DNA of 64,000 nt, taken from the NCBI GenBank assembly GCA_020630175.1, contig JAHDBW010000003.1:11982-75981 (forward strand), given 5' to 3'. Below, piece after piece: positions 59,731 to 64,000 of the stretch. Position numbers and translations under genes: made by a program. Each line of letters starts with the position of its first letter. Position 1 is the first letter of the stretch. The stretch comes from Anaerolineales bacterium (GTDB lineage Bacteria > Chloroflexota > Anaerolineae > Anaerolineales > UBA6668). A model generated the notes under the pieces. That model searched no databases and was not told the origin of the DNA. It saw nothing but the letters and a program-made list of their open reading frames with translations.

Positions 59731-62145
59731 TTGCGAACGCCAATTATGCCCTTAACTGCCCATACAAAATCAATGATCCGCTGGCTTGGCTTGCTTACAA
59801 TTTTGCTTGTAACAACGGCTTGCGGCACAACTAGCAGCACGCCAATTACTGATGTTGAGCTGTCTGAAACGTTGCAGGCTGCGCCAGCCACTGAACTGCC
59901 AGAGCCGGAAGTTACTATAGTAGAAGCCACGCCTACACCAGAGCCTGTGCAGCCTGAAGCCGTGATTTCAACGTATCTTGAAGCGTGGAATATGCGTGAA
60001 TACAACACCATGTATAGCTTGCTTTCGCCATTTTCACGGTCTGAAATTTCAGAAGAAGACTACATTTTTCGGGTCAAGCAGCAAACGCAGCAACTAACCT
60101 TAGAAGGCTTGGACTACACAATCCTAGGGGCCTTAGCTGAAGGTGTTAGCGGGCAAGTTCAATATAAAGTCAACTTCGACACGCTGCTTGTCGGCCCGCT
60201 AGAACGTGAATTTTCTGCCAATCTCGATTTCACAAACAATCAATGGGGCATTGTCTGGAACGATAATTTGATTATGCCAGAGCTAGAAGGTGGAAACTCC
60301 TTGTATATGGCACACAAAGTTCCGGCACGTGGCAATATTTACGACACGAATGGCCTCGCGTTAGCCGCTCAAGCTGATGCAGTTGGCATGTACATAATCC
60401 CCGGTCAATTGGATTTTGAACGCGAATATGACATGCTTGAAGACCTATCTGATATTACCGGGTTGCACCCAGAAGTGTTGCGGCAGCGCTACATTTATGC
60501 TGGCCCAGACTGGTTCATCCCCGTTGGCGAAGCGTCACTGTCTGAAATCCAAAACAACTATGAGCGCTTAGAGTCTTATCCCGGCTTGTACATCAACACT
60601 TATAACACGCGTTATTACAATTCTGGCGCTGCTGGAGCGCCGCACGCCGTTGGGTACGTGTCATTTATTACTGAAGAAGAGCTAGAGTTTTATATCAACA
60701 ATGGCTATCAGGGTGATGAGAAAGTTGGGCGCTTAGGCGTTGAACGCTGGGGTGAAGAAAATCTAACCGGCGCGCGGGGTGCAACGCTGGTTGTGTTGAA
60801 CCCAGACAATACCGTGCGCATGACGCTAGCCGATAGCGTCTCTTCGCCAGCAGTATCCGTCAATCTGACCTTAGATCGTGAGTTCCAACGCGCGGTACAA
60901 CTTGCCATGCAAGACCTGACCGGCGCCGCAGTTGTGCTAGATGTCAACACTGGGAAGGTGCTAGCGATGGCCTCTAACCCAAGCTTTGACCCGAATTGGT
61001 TCGATCCGGCTAATCCAAATATCAATGCGTTGGGTGAAATCTTCAGTAACCCAAATCGCCCGCTAATCAACCGTGCCACGCAAGGCTTGTATCCGCCAGC
61101 TTCGACTTTCAAGGTGATTGGCGTAGCCGCAGCGCTGGAATCAACGTTGTTCAACTCAGAGCAAATTATTTATTGTGGCCACTACTGGGACAGACTCGGC
61201 GCTGGGTTTGAAAAGCGCGACTGGACCGTTGACAAAGATAAAGAGCCCTCCGGTGATCTTGATATTGTTGGGGCGCTCCGGCGTTCTTGCGATCCGTGGT
61301 TTTATGATATTGGGTATGACCTGTATCAATGGGATCCCAATTACTTTTCTGAAATGTCGCGTGCGTTTGGGTTAGGGGAGCCAACAAACGTGTTGGGTCT
61401 TAGTGCGCAAGCCCAAGAGGAAGTTGGTGGGTTAGTGCCAGACGTGGCGTGGGCAGCAAATTCTGATGGCAATTGGCTGTTAGGCGATAGCGTAAATATG
61501 TCGATTGGGCAGGGTGATTTACTAACAACGCCGCTTCAGATTGCAAATGCGTATGCGGCGATTGCCAACGGCGGAACGCTCTATCAACCGCAACTTATCC
61601 AATCTACAGTGGACTTAGACGGCAACATTCTTGAAGAAATTGAGCCGGTTGTTATCCGCGAACTGCCTATTTCAGATGAAACGATCGATGTGCTGTGGGA
61701 CGGCCTGTATGACGTAATCCGGCACCCTGAAGGCACCGCTTATGACGTGATGGGCGCTTTCCCATTTGAAGTCTATGGCAAGACTGGGACTGCTGAAGAT
61801 CCACCCAATTTACCGCATGCGTGGTTTGCTGGGTTTACAGACGAGCAACGCGCCGATAAACCTGATATCGCTATTGCGGTCATTATTGAAAATAAAGGAG
61901 AGGGGTCAGAATTTGCTGCCCCAATCTACCGCCGGATTGTTGAACTTTATTTCAACGGCAAGCCAATCAACTTATACCCTTGGGAAGACTCTTATGGCCT
62001 ACCAAAGGCGCTTGTAGATGATGGCACCACGGATGAAGGCGCTGATGGCGCTACAACCGAAGGCGACGCAGCAACGACCGATGGTGCTGGTGCCGCTGAC
62101 GATGGAAGCACAAATGACACAGGTACAACCGAAGATGGCGGCTAA
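59731..62145 (+). CDS. class B penicillin-binding protein (PBP2-like) with N-terminal NTF2-like domain
   Basis: STFK, SIGQG-region and KTGTAE motifs, with an Asp/Gly/Thr-rich C-tail. Start is TTG 59731 or ATG 59746. Confidence 0.85.
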   Translation: MRTPIMPLTAHTKSMIRWLGLLTILLVTTACGTTSSTPITDVELSETLQAAPATELPEPEVTIVEATPTPEPVQPEAVISTYLEAWNMREYNTMYSLLSPFSRSEISEEDYIFRVKQQTQQLTLEGLDYTILGALAEGVSGQVQYKVNFDTLLVGPLEREFSANLDFTNNQWGIVWNDNLIMPELEGGNSLYMAHKVPARGNIYDTNGLALAAQADAVGMYIIPGQLDFEREYDMLEDLSDITGLHPEVLRQRYIYAGPDWFIPVGEASLSEIQNNYERLESYPGLYINTYNTRYYNSGAAGAPHAVGYVSFITEEELEFYINNGYQGDEKVGRLGVERWGEENLTGARGATLVVLNPDNTVRMTLADSVSSPAVSVNLTLDREFQRAVQLAMQDLTGAAVVLDVNTGKVLAMASNPSFDPNWFDPANPNINALGEIFSNPNRPLINRATQGLYPPASTFKVIGVAAALESTLFNSEQIIYCGHYWDRLGAGFEKRDWTVDKDKEPSGDLDIVGALRRSCDPWFYDIGYDLYQWDPNYFSEMSRAFGLGEPTNVLGLSAQAQEEVGGLVPDVAWAANSDGNWLLGDSVNMSIGQGDLLTTPLQIANAYAAIANGGTLYQPQLIQSTVDLDGNILEEIEPVVIRELPISDETIDVLWDGLYDVIRHPEGTAYDVMGAFPFEVYGKTGTAEDPPNLPHAWFAGFTDEQRADKPDIAIAVIIENKGEGSEFAAPIYRRIVELYFNGKPINLYPWEDSYGLPKALVDDGTTDEGADGATTEGDAATTDGAGAADDGSTNDTGTTEDGG

Positions 62146-62154
62146 CCCACACGT

Positions 62155-63141
62155 ATGACAGCGCCTAACGCCGAAGCGCCACTGCCTGCTGGGTTGGAGC
62201 TTGAGGGCTTAGTAATTAGCGCCAAGAGCGGCTTTTTTACAGTCCATACTGAACAAGGTGATATTGTCTGCCGTTTACGCGGGCGTATAAAAAAGAAGCG
62301 CTTAGAAAGCGGGTTTGCCACAATTGGCGACCGCGTTGTGCTACAAATCAATGAAGATCAATCTGGCGCAATTACAAAAATCTTGCCCCGCACTAGCGTA
62401 ATTGCGCGCGAAGCCAAACATACCCGCACCCGGCGTTATAAAGATTACAATCGCCGTGAAGAAGCGCAGCTTATTGTTGCCAACCCCGACCAAATCATCT
62501 TAGTGTTTGCCTGTGCAAACCCTAGCCCCAAACCCCGCATGCTTGACCGCTATTTAGTGGTTGCGGAAGCCAACAACATTTCAGTCATTATTTGTGCCAA
62601 CAAAGTTGATCTGGTTGCAGATGCGGATGCGCGGGCTATTTTTGACCCATATAAAAAACTTGGCTATGACGTGATTTATACCAGCACGGTGACTGGCGCA
62701 GGGATTGACGCGTTGGCTGCGACGCTGGAGGGCAAAGTATCTGCGTTGACCGGCCCTTCTGGCGTTGGTAAGTCTTCTCTTTTGAATGTGATTCAACCGG
62801 GGTTAGGCGTCGCGATTGGCGGCGTAAGCGACGCCACCACAAAAGGGAAGCACACCACAGTGCATTCTCAAATGTTCCCTCTATCTACCTCTGGCTGGAT
62901 TGCAGACACGCCTGGCATCCGTTCCCTAGCAATCTATGACATGGAACCAGATGAGATCGATGCGTACTTTGTTGAGATCGCCGACTTTGTGCCAGACTGT
63001 GAATTTAGCGACTGCTCGCATCAACATGAGCCTAAATGTGCGGTTAAGGCTGCGGTTGCCACCGGTGATATTTCCACATTGCGCTATGAGAGCTATCTTG
63101 CAATGCGTTTTGGCTCTGATACTTTATTGGATTTAGAATAG
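62155..63141 (+). CDS. rsgA: ribosome small-subunit-dependent GTPase A
   Basis: Circularly permuted GTPase (NKVDL ... GPSGVGKSS ... DTPG) and zinc knuckle CEFSDCSHQHEPKC. Confidence 0.9.
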   Translation: MTAPNAEAPLPAGLELEGLVISAKSGFFTVHTEQGDIVCRLRGRIKKKRLESGFATIGDRVVLQINEDQSGAITKILPRTSVIAREAKHTRTRRYKDYNRREEAQLIVANPDQIILVFACANPSPKPRMLDRYLVVAEANNISVIICANKVDLVADADARAIFDPYKKLGYDVIYTSTVTGAGIDALAATLEGKVSALTGPSGVGKSSLLNVIQPGLGVAIGGVSDATTKGKHTTVHSQMFPLSTSGWIADTPGIRSLAIYDMEPDEIDAYFVEIADFVPDCEFSDCSHQHEPKCAVKAAVATGDISTLRYESYLAMRFGSDTLLDLE

Positions 63142-63380
63142 CTTGCACGCAAAATAGGGCGTCAACTTCATTTGATCAAATAATTTTGCAGAACGCTCAA
63201 GTGATGATGCGTTCTAATTTACTAATTTGTCAGCTATTCTCTAAGAAAACTTAAGGTAAGGCGAGTGTCTATTATTTAAGCTTCTTAAGGTGGTCTCAAT
63301 TTTTCTTTTAGAAACATTAAGATTAGCAATTTACCTGACATAATTATTAAGATGGGTTCGGGCTATAATCAAAACTGCCC

Positions 63381-64000
63381 ATGATTATCCGACTAATCCT
63401 TAAGCACGCACGCCCAGCGAGCCGGATTGTAGTACCGCGTAATCCATTATTGATTTGCGGCTTATTCTTAGTGTTTGCATTAGGAATTAGCGGCTTTGGT
63501 GTACTACAAGCTGGCACCCCAAGTGATACTGAATCACCACAGGGGTCTGTTCAATACTTCCCAGAAACTGGCTATCAAGTGCAATATGCATTTCTTCAAT
63601 TCTTCAACGCTTATGGCGGTGAGGATGTGTTTGGTTACCCCATTACCAATGAATATCAGGACCCAATCTCTGGGGTTGTGATGCAATATTTTGATAATGC
63701 CCGCTTTGAATGGTGGCCGGATAGCGAAGCTAGTCAACGCGTGAAATTAGGGCTGCTTGGGGATGAATTAGAGCTGCGAAGCGTGGCAGACCCGCGTCAA
63801 GATGGTGAAGTCTGTTGGCCGTCTGATGTGACCGGATACTTCATTTGTGATGACTTCCTGACGTTTTATCAGGCGCACGGGGGCAAGCTTGTGTTTGGCC
63901 CGCCAATTGGTGATGCGTACACAGTGAACAACATACGTGCGCAAAATTTCCAACGCATGCAAATGATTTTGGTGCCAGATTCTGGCGTTGTAGCCATTAG
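63381..64000 (+). CDS. membrane-anchored repeat protein, 3' end cut by window edge
   Basis: ATG 63381 lies 11 nt after a TATAAT box and the frame is open to the window end. One TM helix and two ~60-aa repeats (F..FY...GG...FG.PI). Confidence 0.5.
   Translation, partial: MIIRLILKHARPASRIVVPRNPLLICGLFLVFALGISGFGVLQAGTPSDTESPQGSVQYFPETGYQVQYAFLQFFNAYGGEDVFGYPITNEYQDPISGVVMQYFDNARFEWWPDSEASQRVKLGLLGDELELRSVADPRQDGEVCWPSDVTGYFICDDFLTFYQAHGGKLVFGPPIGDAYTVNNIRAQNFQRMQMILVPDSGVVAI

Overview
This is a 64-kb, densely coding bacterial chromosomal segment with about 60 protein genes. I saw no rRNA, tRNA or CRISPR array. All family calls come from motifs read in the supplied translations and the DNA; no database search was run.

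Housekeeping genes: def, rph, nusB, fabG, xpt-guaA, trmD, maf, a class-B PBP and rsgA.

Signalling genes: two sensor kinases, a REC-GAF regulator and an STK-FHA kinase.

Envelope and transport genes: two MdlB-type exporters, and two paralogous MacB/FtsX-type ABC loci with a TetR regulator and a long coiled-coil adaptor.

Also present: lacZ and assorted hydrolases. The gene architectures (7TM kinase, ~800-aa FtsX permeases, PD40 proteins) suggest a Chloroflexota-like or Terrabacteria organism, but that is inference only.

The most unusual region is 20.2-24.6 kb. It holds a translationally coupled operon of nurA, a small HAS-barrel-like ORF and herA. This is followed by a 0.9-kb AT-rich non-coding hub with small promoter/terminator units, five AGAGAGG boxes and an 18-bp operator-like element (TTATAAC-N4-TTATAAC). 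The same element recurs upstream of a leaderless XRE regulator gene at 28.8 kb.

Other notable items:
- a DapF-fold protein with both catalytic cysteines replaced by serine, coupled to a 7TM kinase
- a 252-bp MITE-like element built from a dispersed hairpin family that shows compensatory changes
- a fused tandem-NBD MacB-type ATPase with one degenerate signature motif
- a REC-GAF protein ending in a DHp-like domain with Glu in place of the phospho-His
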